NCBI GenBank assembly: GCA_036834365.1
Contig: DAITOA010000013.1
Span: 141-64,140 of the forward strand
Source: Thermodesulfobacteriota bacterium
GTDB lineage: Bacteria; Desulfobacterota; Desulfomonilia; UBA1062
Length of the DNA: 64,000 nt
Direction: 5' to 3'
This document shows positions 17,796-27,738 of the stretch, piece by piece. The translations under genes and the position numbers were made by a program. The notes under the pieces were generated by a model that saw only the letters and a program-made list of their open reading frames with translations, made no database searches and was not told the origin of the DNA. Within the stretch, counting starts at the first letter, position 1; each line of letters opens with the position of its first letter.

Positions 17796-18770
17796 GTGCT
17801 GCGCTACCTGATCAGGCGCCTGGCCATCCTTATCCCCACCTTCATCGGCATCACGCTCGTGTGCTTCGCGGTCATCCACCTGGCCCCGGGATCCCCCACG
17901 GACCTGCAGACCCAGATGAACCCGGACATCACGCCCCAGGCCATCGAGCAGCTCAACGCCCACTACGGCCTGGACAAGCCCCTGACGACCCAGTACCTCC
18001 TCTGGATGAAGAACCTCGCCGTGCTCGACTTCGGTACGTCCATCAGCTCGGACGCACGACCCGTGTGGGACAAGATCAAGGAACGGCTGCCCATCACCAT
18101 CTACATCAACATCTCCTCCATGGCCATCATCTTCCTGACCGCTATCCCCTTGGGAGTCGCCTCGGCGCTGAGACGGGGCAGCGTGACGGACCGGTCCATC
18201 ACGGTCTTCGTGTTCATCGGTTTTTCCATCCCCGGGTTCTGGCTGGCTCTCATCTGCATGGACCTTTTCGGGGTGAGGCTCGGCTGGCTGCCCATCTCGG
18301 GCATCCACTCGGCCGAGTATGCGAGCCTGACCCTGTGGGGCAAGGTCGCGGACACAACACGCCACCTGTTCCTGCCGGTGTTCATCTCGGCCTTCGGGTC
18401 GCTGGCGGGCATGAGCCGGTACATGCGCTCCAGCATGCTGGAGATCATCCGGCAGGACTACATCCTCACGGCCCGGGCCAAGGGCCTGTCAGAGCGCACC
18501 GTGATCTACAAGCACGCCATGCGCAACGCCCTGCTGCCGGTCATCACCATCCTGGGCCTGTCCATCCCCGGGCTCATCGGGGGCAGCGTTATCTTCGAGA
18601 GCATCTTCGCCATTCCCGGCCTGGGCAAACTCTTCTACGAGGCCATCATGATGCGCGACTACAACATGATCATGGGCAGCCTCACCATCGGCGCGGTGCT
18701 CACGCTGGCGGGCAACCTCATCGCGGACATCTGCTACAGCATCGCAGACCCGCGCATACGGGTATCGTGA
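17796..18770 (+). CDS. ABC transporter permease (DppB/OppB-like)
   Basis: Six TM helices and the BPD_transp_1 EAA-like motif region ([20 protein letters not shown]). GTG start per the ORF track. Confidence 0.8.
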   Translation: MLRYLIRRLAILIPTFIGITLVCFAVIHLAPGSPTDLQTQMNPDITPQAIEQLNAHYGLDKPLTTQYLLWMKNLAVLDFGTSISSDARPVWDKIKERLPITIYINISSMAIIFLTAIPLGVASALRRGSVTDRSITVFVFIGFSIPGFWLALICMDLFGVRLGWLPISGIHSAEYASLTLWGKVADTTRHLFLPVFISAFGSLAGMSRYMRSSMLEIIRQDYILTARAKGLSERTVIYKHAMRNALLPVITILGLSIPGLIGGSVIFESIFAIPGLGKLFYEAIMMRDYNMIMGSLTIGAVLTLAGNLIADICYSIADPRIRVS

Positions 18771-18771
18771 C

Positions 18772-19599
18772 ATGGGGTTCTTCTCCCGGCTCTTCCGTGA
18801 CAGGCTGGCCGTGGCCGGGCTCGCCATCGTGCTGGGGTTCTTCGCGCTTTCCGTCCTGACCCCCGTGATCGCCCCGTACGACCCGGCCGCCATCGACGTG
18901 GACAACATCCTGGCCCCCCCGTCCCCGAAGCACCTCTTCGGCACCGACGACCTGGGCAGGGACGTGTTCACCCGCATGCTCTACGGCGCAGGGATCTCGC
19001 TGAAAGTCGGCTTCGTGGCCGTGGGCATCGCCGTGATCATCGGCACGCTGCTGGGAGCGGTCTCGGGCTACTACGGCGGGCTCGCGGACGTCGTGATCAT
19101 GCGCTTCGTGGACATCATGCTATGCTTCCCGTCCTTCTTCCTCATCCTGGCCGTCATCGCCTTCATGGAGCCGTCCATCTTCAACATCATGGCCGTCATC
19201 GGCTTCACCTCGTGGATGGGCATCACGCGCCTCGTGCGGGCGGAGTTCCTGAGCCTCAAGGAGCGGGACTTCGTCCTGGCGGTCAAGGCCATGGGCGCGA
19301 GCGCCCCGCGCATCATCTTCGGACACATCCTGCCGAATGCCATGGCCCCGGTGCTGGTGGCGGCCACGCTGGGCATTGCGGCGGCAGTGCTCACCGAGAG
19401 CGCCCTGTCCTTCCTGGGCATCGGGGTACAGCCGCCCACGCCGAGCTGGGGCAACATGCTCACCCAGGGCCAGAGCGTGCTGGGCATCGCCTGGTGGCTC
19501 TCCTTCTTCCCGGGCATGGCCATCCTCGTCACCGTGCTGGGGTACAACCTCCTGGGGGAGGGGATCCGCGACGCCATCGACCCGAGGCTGAGGCAGTGA
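18772..19599 (+). CDS. ABC transporter permease (DppC/OppC-like)
   Basis: N-terminal OppC_N-like segment and the permease EAA region (AVKAMGASAPRIIFGHILPNA). Starts 2 nt after the preceding stop. Confidence 0.8.
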   Translation: MGFFSRLFRDRLAVAGLAIVLGFFALSVLTPVIAPYDPAAIDVDNILAPPSPKHLFGTDDLGRDVFTRMLYGAGISLKVGFVAVGIAVIIGTLLGAVSGYYGGLADVVIMRFVDIMLCFPSFFLILAVIAFMEPSIFNIMAVIGFTSWMGITRLVRAEFLSLKERDFVLAVKAMGASAPRIIFGHILPNAMAPVLVAATLGIAAAVLTESALSFLGIGVQPPTPSWGNMLTQGQSVLGIAWWLSFFPGMAILVTVLGYNLLGEGIRDAIDPRLRQ

Positions 19600-19634
19600 T
19601 GAGGTTTATTTGCGATCACGAGGAGGAATGAGCA

Positions 19635-20402
19635 GTGTTCTTCCTGAAGAAACTTGTCAGCGCCATGCTCATGCCCGTGACGATCACCTTTTTCCTCCTG
19701 CTGGCAGGCTCCCTCATGGCCTGGAGCAGGCACCGTGCCCGCACGGGCAGGATCATCATCACCATAACCTCCGTCATCCTCATCCTGCTCGGCTATGGCG
19801 CCGGGACAGGGACGATCCTGGAGAAGCTCGAGTATGCCTATCCTGTGCTCGACCTGAAACAGGCACGCACCGACAGCGTGCAGTGGGTGATCGTGCTGGG
19901 AGGCGGTCATATCTCCGACAGCCGGCTCCCCGTGGGCAGCCAGCTGTCATGGGAGGCACAGATGAGGCTCGTCGAGGGCATCCGCATCCACCGGAACCTC
20001 CCCGGCTCGCGGCTGCTGTTCTCCGGGGGAAAGCTCGGCGAACCCGTTTCCAACGCCGAACTCATGTCACGGATGGCGCAGGGGCTCGGTGTGGATCCAA
20101 ATCACATAGTACTGGAGGATAGGTCCCGGGACACCAAGGACGAGGCGCGCATCATCAAGGGGATGATCGGATCGGCGCCCTGCATCCTGGTCACCTCGGC
20201 GTATCACATGCCGCGGTCCATGGCGCTCTTTGCCGGGCAGGGCATCCACCCCCTGCCCGCTCCCGTGGGGCACCTCACACACCGGCACGAACGATGGCGG
20301 ACAGACTCGTTCTTCCCCAACGCCAGGCACCTGGAGAAGGCCGAACTGGTCCTGCACGAGCTCCTGGGCATGGCGAGCGCGTGGATTATGCACCAGATCT
20401 GA
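19635..20402 (+). CDS. DUF218 (YdcF/ElyC/SanA-family) membrane-anchored protein
   Basis: N-terminal TM helix, then the VIVLGGGH..D...L...RL.EG core typical of DUF218. AGGAGG RBS 8 nt before the GTG start. Confidence 0.65.
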   Translation: MFFLKKLVSAMLMPVTITFFLLLAGSLMAWSRHRARTGRIIITITSVILILLGYGAGTGTILEKLEYAYPVLDLKQARTDSVQWVIVLGGGHISDSRLPVGSQLSWEAQMRLVEGIRIHRNLPGSRLLFSGGKLGEPVSNAELMSRMAQGLGVDPNHIVLEDRSRDTKDEARIIKGMIGSAPCILVTSAYHMPRSMALFAGQGIHPLPAPVGHLTHRHERWRTDSFFPNARHLEKAELVLHELLGMASAWIMHQI

Positions 20403-20421
20403 CCTGTCGGAGGAAGCAAGC

Positions 20422-20874
20422 ATGCTTGACGTTTTCAAGAAATTACTCAAGAACGGGAACAGTGCTCAGTCCCCAAAGGCATATGCCGGCCGGAACCGCA
20501 TCATGGTGGCCACCTGCGCCCTGCTCCTGGAGATGGCGGCCATCGACGGCGAGTTCAGCAGCGAAGAGCAGGATGTCATCCTCGCCGCACTGACGTCCAC
20601 CTACGGCATGAACGGCGAAGATGCGCAGTCCATCATGGAATCGGCCCGAGAAGAGCTCAAGGGCAGCATCGACCTGTGGAGCTTTGCCAGGATCATCAAC
20701 AGTGAATACTCCGAGGAAGAGAAGATCCGTGTGATCGAGACCGTCTGGAAGGTCATCTATGCGGACGGCAGGCTCGACGGGCACGAAGACCACCTTGTGC
20801 ACCGGCTCGCGGACCTGCTGCGCCTGTCCCACGGCCAGCTCATCGATGCCAAGCTGCGGGTGAAGAATAGTTAG
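20422..20874 (+). CDS. TerB-like (tellurite-resistance TerB / DjlA N-domain fold) small cytoplasmic protein
   Basis: 150 aa with paired helical D/E-containing motifs (AAIDGEFSSEEQDVI ... YADGRLDGHEDHLVHRLADLL) characteristic of the TerB-like metal-binding fold. Start at the internal ATG. Confidence 0.5.
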   Translation: MLDVFKKLLKNGNSAQSPKAYAGRNRIMVATCALLLEMAAIDGEFSSEEQDVILAALTSTYGMNGEDAQSIMESAREELKGSIDLWSFARIINSEYSEEEKIRVIETVWKVIYADGRLDGHEDHLVHRLADLLRLSHGQLIDAKLRVKNS

Positions 20875-21599
20875 CCTGGTTTCTTCCCCAAGATGGACCA
20901 GTACAGATTGACACCGCCGATGGTGAAGTACTCGATGTCCTCGATCTCGCACCCCGCACCCTTCACCAGGCCCGGGTAGTCCCACACCGGGTGGAACACC
21001 GCCTCGGTAGTGGTGCTGTAGAATGTTATGGCAAAATACCAGTTCAGCTTCTGCACGATCCCACGCCACCCCTGACCGGGCAGCACGAATTCACCCACCA
21101 CAAAATGGCCGCCAGGCTTCACCAGGGTGCCGAGATGGTTCGCCACCTCCCTGACCCGGGTCTCGGAAAAGACGTTGAGGAAGAAATTGGCGATGACCAT
21201 GTCGAATTGACCCGCCTCGCGGACATTGAAGATATCGTCGTGGACAACCCGGATTTCCACAGGAGGATTTTCCCGTTCTATGCGTCTGCGGAAATGCTTC
21301 AGCATGGTCTCCGACAGGTCCACGGCCGTCACCTCCACACCGCGCCCGCTCGCCTCGACGGCCTCGGTCCCGTGGCCGACGCCGGCAATGAGCACCCGGT
21401 CTCCTGGTTTGAGGTGCTTGAGCATGGCGGTCTTGCACCTCGGGATGCGCCCCAGGCTGTAGACATTTCCGGTGAACTCGTACTGAAACCCAACCAGCCA
21501 GTACCCGTCCTTCATTGCATGGTCCCTCCGTCGTGACAGCATTCCAGTATCCCGGGCAGCATAGGAGATAACGATCCTGCATGTCAAAGTGTAAATCAC
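20871..21599 (-). CDS. Class I SAM-dependent methyltransferase
   Basis: Rossmann motif I (VLIAGVGHGTE) and post-I acidic residue (VTAVDLSE). Start uncertain; a later Met at MKDGYW is possible. Confidence 0.6.
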   Translation of the reverse strand: MIYTLTCRIVISYAARDTGMLSRRRDHAMKDGYWLVGFQYEFTGNVYSLGRIPRCKTAMLKHLKPGDRVLIAGVGHGTEAVEASGRGVEVTAVDLSETMLKHFRRRIERENPPVEIRVVHDDIFNVREAGQFDMVIANFFLNVFSETRVREVANHLGTLVKPGGHFVVGEFVLPGQGWRGIVQKLNWYFAITFYSTTTEAVFHPVWDYPGLVKGAGCEIEDIEYFTIGGVNLYWSILGKKPG

Positions 21600-21668
21600 C
21601 GGTGCATGTCCTCATTGCATTGATAACCTCAGGTGATTATTCATTAAGGAAGATGGAGGCCATGATCC

Positions 21669-23513
21669 ATGAAGAACCGGGATGATCTTGAACGGGTCGA
21701 ACGGGATCTCAAAAAACGGAGACGGAAGATCGGGGATCCGGGAGCCCCCCGGAAGGCGGAGGAGCGCCTGCAGGAATCCGAGAAGAAGTACCGCACCATC
21801 TTCGAGAACACGGGCACAGCCACCATCCTCATCGATGAGAACACCACCATCGCCATGGCCAATACTGAATTCGCCAAGCTCACGGGTTATTCCCGCAGGG
21901 CACTGGAAGGAAAGATGAGCTGGGTCGAGTTCATCCATGAGGATGACCGCTCCCGCATGGTGGACTACCACTACCGGCGCCGCCTCGACGCAAAGGCCGC
22001 CCCGCGGAACTATGAGTGCCGCTTCATCAACCGGTACGGCAGGACCCTGGTGTGCTACCTTACTGTGGCCGTGCTTCCCGGAACCCCGCAGAGCGTGGCC
22101 TCGTTCATGGACTTGACCGACATGATGGAGACAAGGGAAGCCCTTAAGGCCAGTGAAGAGCGGTACCGCCAGCTCGTGGAGACCATGAGCGACGGGTTGG
22201 GGGTCCAGGACGAACACGGCATCATCACCTACGTGAACGAGCGGATCTGCGAGATGCTGGGCTATGGCCGCGACGAGCTCATCGGCAGGCCCGCATTCGA
22301 CCTGCTCGCCGAGGCGTCCAGAGGCGTCTGGATCGACGAGATGGTCAGGAGGAAGTCCCACCGCACCGAGCCCTACGAGGTGGCATGGCACAACCGCAGG
22401 GGCGAGATCATCCACACCCTGGTATCGCCCAGGGCCGTTCGCAACGCCCAGGGCCGCTTCGTCGGAAGCTTTGCCGTGTTCACCGACATCACGAGCAGGA
22501 AGAAGGCAGAGGAGGCATTGAAGCGCTCCGAGGAGATGTTCGCCAGGGCCTTCCGGTCGAGCCCGGACGCCATCACCATCACCATCCTCGAGAACGGCCT
22601 CTTCCTCGACGTGAACGACAGCTTCCTGAGGATCACCGGATACACCAGGGACGAGGCCATCGGCCACACCTCCATCGAGCTCGGCATCTGGCCTTCGCCG
22701 GAATTCCGCCGGGAGGTCATGGCGCAGCTCGCCGGGAAGGGCTCCATCAAGGACCTGGAGGTTGACTTCCGCACCAAATCGGGCGACCTGCGCAGGATCG
22801 TGTATGCCGCGGAGCCCATCGAGCTACAGGGCCGGCCCTGCCTCATCTCGGTCTTCGCCGACGTCACCGAGCAGCGGCACCTGGAACGCGAGATCCTGGA
22901 GATCGGCGAGCGCGAGCGGCAGAAGATCGGCCAGGACCTGCACGACGACCTCCAGCAGCACCTCATCGGCACCGAGGCCCTGGCCCTTTCCCTGGAGAAC
23001 CGCCTCGCCGCCGGGTCACGGGATGAGGCGGCCCAGGCACACGACATCACGGGCCTCATCCGCGAGGCCATCGCCAAGACCAGGGCCATAGCCAGAGGCC
23101 TGAGCCCCCTGTACATCGACGAAGAGGCCCTTATCACCGCCATACGCGACCTGGCAGGCCAGGTCGAAGCTATTTTCGGCGTCTCCTTCCGGCTCGATGT
23201 GGGCAGGGATGTCCATGTGAAGGACAACGCCACGGCCGTCCACATCTACCGCATCATCCAGGAGGCGGTGAACAACGCCGTCCGCCACGGCAGGGCCGGG
23301 CGCATCACCATCTCCCTCAAGACGAAACGGTGCAGGCTCGCTCTGACCATCACCGACAACGGCTCGGGGATTCCGGACGACGTCAGGAAGGGCACGGGCA
23401 TGGGTCTGAGCATCATGCGCCACCGCGCCAAGATGATCGGCGCACGGATCGATATACGGAAAAACCAGAAGGGAGGCACCTCGGTCATATGTCAGCTCGA
23501 TCAAGGATCATGA
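21669..23513 (+). CDS. Multi-PAS sensor histidine kinase (HisKA_3 + HATPase_c; NarL-partner type)
   Basis: Three PAS-like segments. Phospho-acceptor H-box HDDLQQHL of HisKA_3 type, with ATP-lid G-boxes (DNGSGIP, GTGMGLSIM). Confidence 0.8.
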   Translation: MKNRDDLERVERDLKKRRRKIGDPGAPRKAEERLQESEKKYRTIFENTGTATILIDENTTIAMANTEFAKLTGYSRRALEGKMSWVEFIHEDDRSRMVDYHYRRRLDAKAAPRNYECRFINRYGRTLVCYLTVAVLPGTPQSVASFMDLTDMMETREALKASEERYRQLVETMSDGLGVQDEHGIITYVNERICEMLGYGRDELIGRPAFDLLAEASRGVWIDEMVRRKSHRTEPYEVAWHNRRGEIIHTLVSPRAVRNAQGRFVGSFAVFTDITSRKKAEEALKRSEEMFARAFRSSPDAITITILENGLFLDVNDSFLRITGYTRDEAIGHTSIELGIWPSPEFRREVMAQLAGKGSIKDLEVDFRTKSGDLRRIVYAAEPIELQGRPCLISVFADVTEQRHLEREILEIGERERQKIGQDLHDDLQQHLIGTEALALSLENRLAAGSRDEAAQAHDITGLIREAIAKTRAIARGLSPLYIDEEALITAIRDLAGQVEAIFGVSFRLDVGRDVHVKDNATAVHIYRIIQEAVNNAVRHGRAGRITISLKTKRCRLALTITDNGSGIPDDVRKGTGMGLSIMRHRAKMIGARIDIRKNQKGGTSVICQLDQGS

Positions 23514-24145
23514 TCGTCGACGATCATCCAATCTTCCGCAAGGGGCTCGCCCAGCTCATCGGCGAGGAACCGGACATGGAGGTGTGCGGCGAGGCTGAAG
23601 ACGTGCCGGGCGCCAAGAGGCTCTTTTCCCAGCTCCGGCCCGACATGGCGGTGATCGACCTCGGCCTGAAGGGGGCGAGCGGTCTGGAGCTCATCCGGTA
23701 CATCCACGACCTCTCGCCGTCCTGCCCGGTGCTGGTGCTGTCCATGTACGACGAAACCGTGTACGCCGAGCGGGTCCTGAAGGCGGGGGCCAGGGGTTAC
23801 ATCATGAAGCAGGAGATGACCGCCAAGGTGACCACGGCCATCCGTCAGGTCCTCAAGGGCAGGATGTTCTTCAGCGAGGACATCGTGGAAGGCTTCCTCG
23901 GCAGGATGTCGCGGGACGGCGAGGCCGGCCCCCCGGACCCGGTGTCCCTGCTCTCCGACCGGGAGCTGGAGGTCTTCACCCTCATCGGGAAGGGCCTGGG
24001 AAGGGCGGAAATGGCCGGCATGCTCAACGTGAGCATCAAGACCATCGGCACCTACCGGGAGAAGATCAAGGAGAAGCTCCGCATCAGGACCTCGCCCGAG
24101 CTGGCCAGGCGCGCCGTGGAGTGGGTCAGGTCGCAGGAGGGGTAA
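23489..24145 (+). CDS. Response regulator, NarL/FixJ (LuxR-type HTH) family
   Basis: REC domain (IMIVDDHP...VIDL.LKG) plus a C-terminal LuxR HTH (LSDRELEVFTLIGKGL...IKTIGTYREKIKEKL). Overlaps the kinase stop. Confidence 0.85.
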   Translation: MSARSRIMIVDDHPIFRKGLAQLIGEEPDMEVCGEAEDVPGAKRLFSQLRPDMAVIDLGLKGASGLELIRYIHDLSPSCPVLVLSMYDETVYAERVLKAGARGYIMKQEMTAKVTTAIRQVLKGRMFFSEDIVEGFLGRMSRDGEAGPPDPVSLLSDRELEVFTLIGKGLGRAEMAGMLNVSIKTIGTYREKIKEKLRIRTSPELARRAVEWVRSQEG

Positions 24146-24242
24146 GATCCTGCCGAGCATTGATGTACGGCATATAAAACCTAACCTGCTCGAGAAGTGA
24201 AGTTCGGTGGGGCCAATGAAAAAACCCTGAATTTAATCCCGT

Positions 24243-24300
24243 GAGGTTGAGGAGACTGCCGATCCTCAGTCCGTTCAACCCTCCTCCCCCTAGGCGTTTT
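24243..24300. terminator. Compound hairpin followed by a T tract downstream of the response regulator
   Basis: tgagga(N9)tcctca is nested in gaggttga...tcaaccctc and followed by ggcgtttta. Confidence 0.3.
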
Positions 24301-24411
24301 ACCTATCCTCCTTCGGGCATATCACCCTCCCCACTTCCGTCCTCATGCCGATTTTCGAAAAACCCGGCCTGCCGTAGAGGATAATCAAGAGATCCTATAC
24401 GGAGGTGGCTC

Positions 24412-25752
24412 ATGAAGTACAGAGAGGAGTATCAGAGGAAACTGGTCTCCGCCGAGACCGCTGCTGCGGTGGTGAAGTCCGGCGACTGGGTGGACTACGG
24501 TCACTTCGCCTGCGCGCCCACTTTCCTGGATGCGGCGCTGGCACAAAGGGTCCACGAACTCCATGACGTGAAAATCCGGGCTCTGACCTTCCCGGGCATG
24601 GCAGCCGTGGCCACGGCCGACCCCCTCCAGGAACACTTCGTCTACAACAACTGGCACTTCGGGGGCGGCGACCGCATGCTCCACGACAAGGGTCTGTGCA
24701 GCTACATTCCCCTGCTCTACCATGAGGGACCGACGCTCTACGGCCTCATCGACTCCGACGTGTTCATGGTGAAGACAGCCCCCATGGACGGGGGCGGTTA
24801 CTTCAACTTCGGACCCTCCAACTCCATCTCCAAGCACATCGCGGACCGTGCGAAGACCGTCATCGTGGAGGTGAACGCCAACGTCCCCTACTGCTACGGC
24901 GGACTCAACGAGGCCGTCCACATCTCGGAGGTTGACTACATCGTGGAGTCGGACAACAAGCCCCTGGTGCAGACCAAGGAACCCCTGGTCAGCGACGTGG
25001 ACAGGGATATCGCGCGCCTCATCGTGCAGGAGATCCCGGATGGAGCATGCCTTCAGCTGGGCATCGGGGCCATGCCCAACGCGGTGGGCAAGCTCATCGC
25101 GGAAAGCGACCTGAAGGACCTGGGCGTGCACACCGAGATGCTCGTGGACTCGTACGTGAACATGTACGAGGCGGGCAGGATCACAAACATGCGCAAGCAG
25201 CGGGACCGGGGCAGGATGGTGTACACCTTCGCACTCGGCACCCAGAGACTCTACGACTTCATCGACCACAACGCACGCTGCGCCTCCTACTCGGTGGACT
25301 ACACGAACAACCCCGAGCACATCAGGACCAACGACAACATGATCGCCATCAACAACGCCGTGGAGGTGGACCTGTACGGACAGGTCTCCTCCGAGTCGTC
25401 GGGTACCCGCCAGATCTCCGGAACGGGGGGTCAGTTCGACTACATCTTCGGCGCCTTCCATTCCAGGGGCGGCAAGTCCTTCATCTGCCTGTCCTCCACC
25501 AAGACCGACCGGAACGGTACGGTGAGGTCTCGCATCCGGCCCATGCTCGATCCCGGCTCCATCGTGACCGTGCCCAGGACCATCGTGCACTACGTGGTTA
25601 CCGAGTACGGCAAGGCCATGCTCAAGGGCAAGAGCACCTGGGAAAGGGCCGAGGCCCTCATCGGCATCTCCCACCCTGCGTTCAGGGACGAGCTCGTCGA
25701 AGAGGCGGAGCGCATGGGCATCTGGAGGAGGTCGCAGCGCCTGGCGGCTTAG
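24412..25752 (+). CDS. Acetyl-CoA hydrolase/transferase family protein (4-hydroxybutyrate / butyryl-CoA:acetate CoA-transferase-like)
   Basis: GGAGG RBS. Full-length AcetylCoA_hydro N and C domains, 446 aa. Confidence 0.8.
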   Translation: MKYREEYQRKLVSAETAAAVVKSGDWVDYGHFACAPTFLDAALAQRVHELHDVKIRALTFPGMAAVATADPLQEHFVYNNWHFGGGDRMLHDKGLCSYIPLLYHEGPTLYGLIDSDVFMVKTAPMDGGGYFNFGPSNSISKHIADRAKTVIVEVNANVPYCYGGLNEAVHISEVDYIVESDNKPLVQTKEPLVSDVDRDIARLIVQEIPDGACLQLGIGAMPNAVGKLIAESDLKDLGVHTEMLVDSYVNMYEAGRITNMRKQRDRGRMVYTFALGTQRLYDFIDHNARCASYSVDYTNNPEHIRTNDNMIAINNAVEVDLYGQVSSESSGTRQISGTGGQFDYIFGAFHSRGGKSFICLSSTKTDRNGTVRSRIRPMLDPGSIVTVPRTIVHYVVTEYGKAMLKGKSTWERAEALIGISHPAFRDELVEEAERMGIWRRSQRLAA

Positions 25753-25790
25753 AGGCGATCCGGGAGCATGCCGGGCGAGGTATCGTAGAC

Positions 25791-25827
25791 ATTCTGCATG
25801 GCCCCGTACCATCCGGCCATGCAGAAT
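25791..25827. terminator. Perfect 13-bp stem hairpin (attctgcatggcc / ggccatgcagaat, 11-nt loop) 40 nt after the CoA-transferase stop
   Basis: The inverted repeat is read directly. No clear U tract follows. Confidence 0.4.
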
Positions 25828-26006
25828 CCTCTCCGGACGAGCCGTCAGACTGATCCGAAGGTAAACAGTCTTCATACGCAACGCACGGTTTTCAAACGAA
25901 CTTCTCCCCACGGTTACGTTACCTTAAAAATCCACATTTTCACCACACTGTCACCACATTCCTCAGGTAATGATCATCCCAGATCAAGCGTAAAGGAGTA
26001 TTCTCG

Positions 26007-26498
26007 ATGAAAAACGCGAGCACCATGAGGAAATGGGCCACACCGTTCATAGTCGGAGCTTTCGCCCTGTCTGCCGTTACCGGCATCATGCTCTTTTTCA
26101 AAGTGAACGTCGGTATGATCAAACCAGTGCACGAATGGCTGAGCTGGCTGCTGGTGATCGGGACAATCTTTCACCTCGCGGCCAACTGGAAGTTCCTTAT
26201 CCAGTGCATCTCGAGCCCCCTCGGGAAGGGTATCATAGGGGTGTTTCTCCTGGTTCTCTGTGCCTCCTTCATCCCGCACAGCGACAAGCAGGGCGGCCCT
26301 CCATCCGCAAGGATATCGGATCTCATGGGCCGTACGTCTCTGTCCTCCATGGCGCAGGTCGCCGGTCACGAACCTGATGAAATGGTGGCCATGCTACGGG
26401 AGCAGGGCGTGAAGATAGACGGACAAGAACAGAGCATCGGAGACATAGCGCGGATGAACGGGAAGCCGACCGCCTCTATCCTGGACATGATATTCTGA
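26007..26498 (+). CDS. Small membrane protein (DUF4405-like: three TM helices with conserved His), soluble C-terminal tail
   Basis: AAAGGAG RBS and three hydrophobic helices with His residues (HEWLSW, FHLAANW). Confidence 0.45.
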   Translation: MKNASTMRKWATPFIVGAFALSAVTGIMLFFKVNVGMIKPVHEWLSWLLVIGTIFHLAANWKFLIQCISSPLGKGIIGVFLLVLCASFIPHSDKQGGPPSARISDLMGRTSLSSMAQVAGHEPDEMVAMLREQGVKIDGQEQSIGDIARMNGKPTASILDMIF

Positions 26499-26633
26499 CG
26501 GCAAATCGGAAGGCAGGGAAGGTCTGCCCGGCCTTCCCCGCCGGTCCGGGATATGGCATGCCGTCCGTCTTTACATGAAAGGTTGTACAAAGGCGGCACA
26601 TGCACTATATCTTCCTGATCACGGAGGATCAGG

Positions 26634-27638
26634 ATGAAGAAACGTGCGGACTTCGAGCACCTCACCCCCGAGGTGCTCCTCGATGTGGTGGAGGAGGCCC
26701 TGGGTGTCCGGATGACCGGGCTGACCATCCCTCTGCCGAGCTATATCAACCGGGTCTACGAGCTGCAGACCCGTGCGGGCGAACGCGTCATCGCCAAGTT
26801 CTACCGGCCGGGCCGCTGGTCGAAGGAGGCCATCGAGGACGAACACCGCTTCCTCGCCGACTGCGCCGAGGCGGAGATCCCGGTCGTCTCCCCCCTGAGG
26901 CTGCCGGACGGAGAGACCCTGGGCAATGCCGACGGCACCTTCTTCGCGCTTTTCCCCAAACGCTCCGGCCGCGTGTTCGAGCTGAACAGCGATGAAGACT
27001 GGACCCGCATGGGCAGCCTCCTCGGCCGCATCCACCTCGCGGGATCACACCGCAGGAGTCGGGACAGGATCACCCTCCACCCACAGCGCTCCACCCGGGC
27101 GGATCTCGATTTCATCATCAGGGGCGGCTTCGTCACCCCCGAACACCGATCCGCCTTCGAAGACCTCTCGTCGAAGATCGTGGAGAGGATATCCGGGCTT
27201 TTCGAGGGAACGGAGTTCATCCGCGTCCACGGAGACTTCCACCGGGGCAACCTCCTCGACCGTCCGGGCGAGGGTCTCATGGTCATTGACTTCGACGACA
27301 TGATGGAGGGCCCGCCGGTCCACGACCTGTGGCTGCTCCTGCCGGACCATGCAGGCAGATCGCGCCGCGAGATCGACCTCATCCTGTCCGGGTACGAGCA
27401 GTTCCGGGAATTCGACTACACCTCGCTGCGGCTCATCGAATGCCTGAGGTTCATGCGCATCGTGTATTACCTCGCCTGGTGCGCCCGGCAGGCAGAGGAC
27501 TACGACTTCAGGACCAACCACCCCGACTGGGGCGGCGATACCTTCTGGCAGAAGGAACTCCTGGACATGGGACACCAGTTCCAGGTCATCATGGAGCACA
27601 AGGTCGCCTGGGAGGAAGGCAGATTCTTCGGGCAATGA
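26634..27638 (+). CDS. srkA: Stress-response kinase A (RdoA/YihE, aminoglycoside-phosphotransferase-like Ser/Thr kinase)
   Basis: APH-fold motifs (RVHGDFHRGNLL, VIDFDD), ~330 aa, and the SrkA-type N-terminal region. Confidence 0.65.
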   Translation: MKKRADFEHLTPEVLLDVVEEALGVRMTGLTIPLPSYINRVYELQTRAGERVIAKFYRPGRWSKEAIEDEHRFLADCAEAEIPVVSPLRLPDGETLGNADGTFFALFPKRSGRVFELNSDEDWTRMGSLLGRIHLAGSHRRSRDRITLHPQRSTRADLDFIIRGGFVTPEHRSAFEDLSSKIVERISGLFEGTEFIRVHGDFHRGNLLDRPGEGLMVIDFDDMMEGPPVHDLWLLLPDHAGRSRREIDLILSGYEQFREFDYTSLRLIECLRFMRIVYYLAWCARQAEDYDFRTNHPDWGGDTFWQKELLDMGHQFQVIMEHKVAWEEGRFFGQ

Positions 27639-27681
27639 ACGCCTGTGACGCCTGCCCATGCGGTCAGACACCAAGATATGC

Positions 27682-27711
27682 GAAGGGACACCTGCGTTCA
27701 GGTGTCCCTTC
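27682..27711. terminator. Bidirectional terminator hairpin (12-13 bp perfect GC-rich stem, 5-nt loop) between convergent srkA and the RRM-protein gene
   Basis: The hairpin gaagggacacctg-cgttc-aggtgtcccttc is read directly. Confidence 0.55.
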
Positions 27712-27738
27712 GGTGAACTCGTCTTCTCAGGGCCGGGA

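Noticed and set aside
17148-18365. 405-aa minus-strand ORF
   Set aside because: Antisense to the SBP and permease genes. No RBS.
21612-22667. 351-aa minus-strand ORF
   Set aside because: Antisense to the PAS histidine kinase.
24385-25911. 508-aa minus-strand ORF
   Set aside because: Antisense to the CoA-transferase gene, which has a GGAGG RBS and full-length family similarity.
26500-26530. Short GC hairpin gggaagg-N9-ccttccc after the DUF4405-like gene
   Set aside because: Only a 7-bp stem with no U tract. Noted but too weak to list as a terminator.
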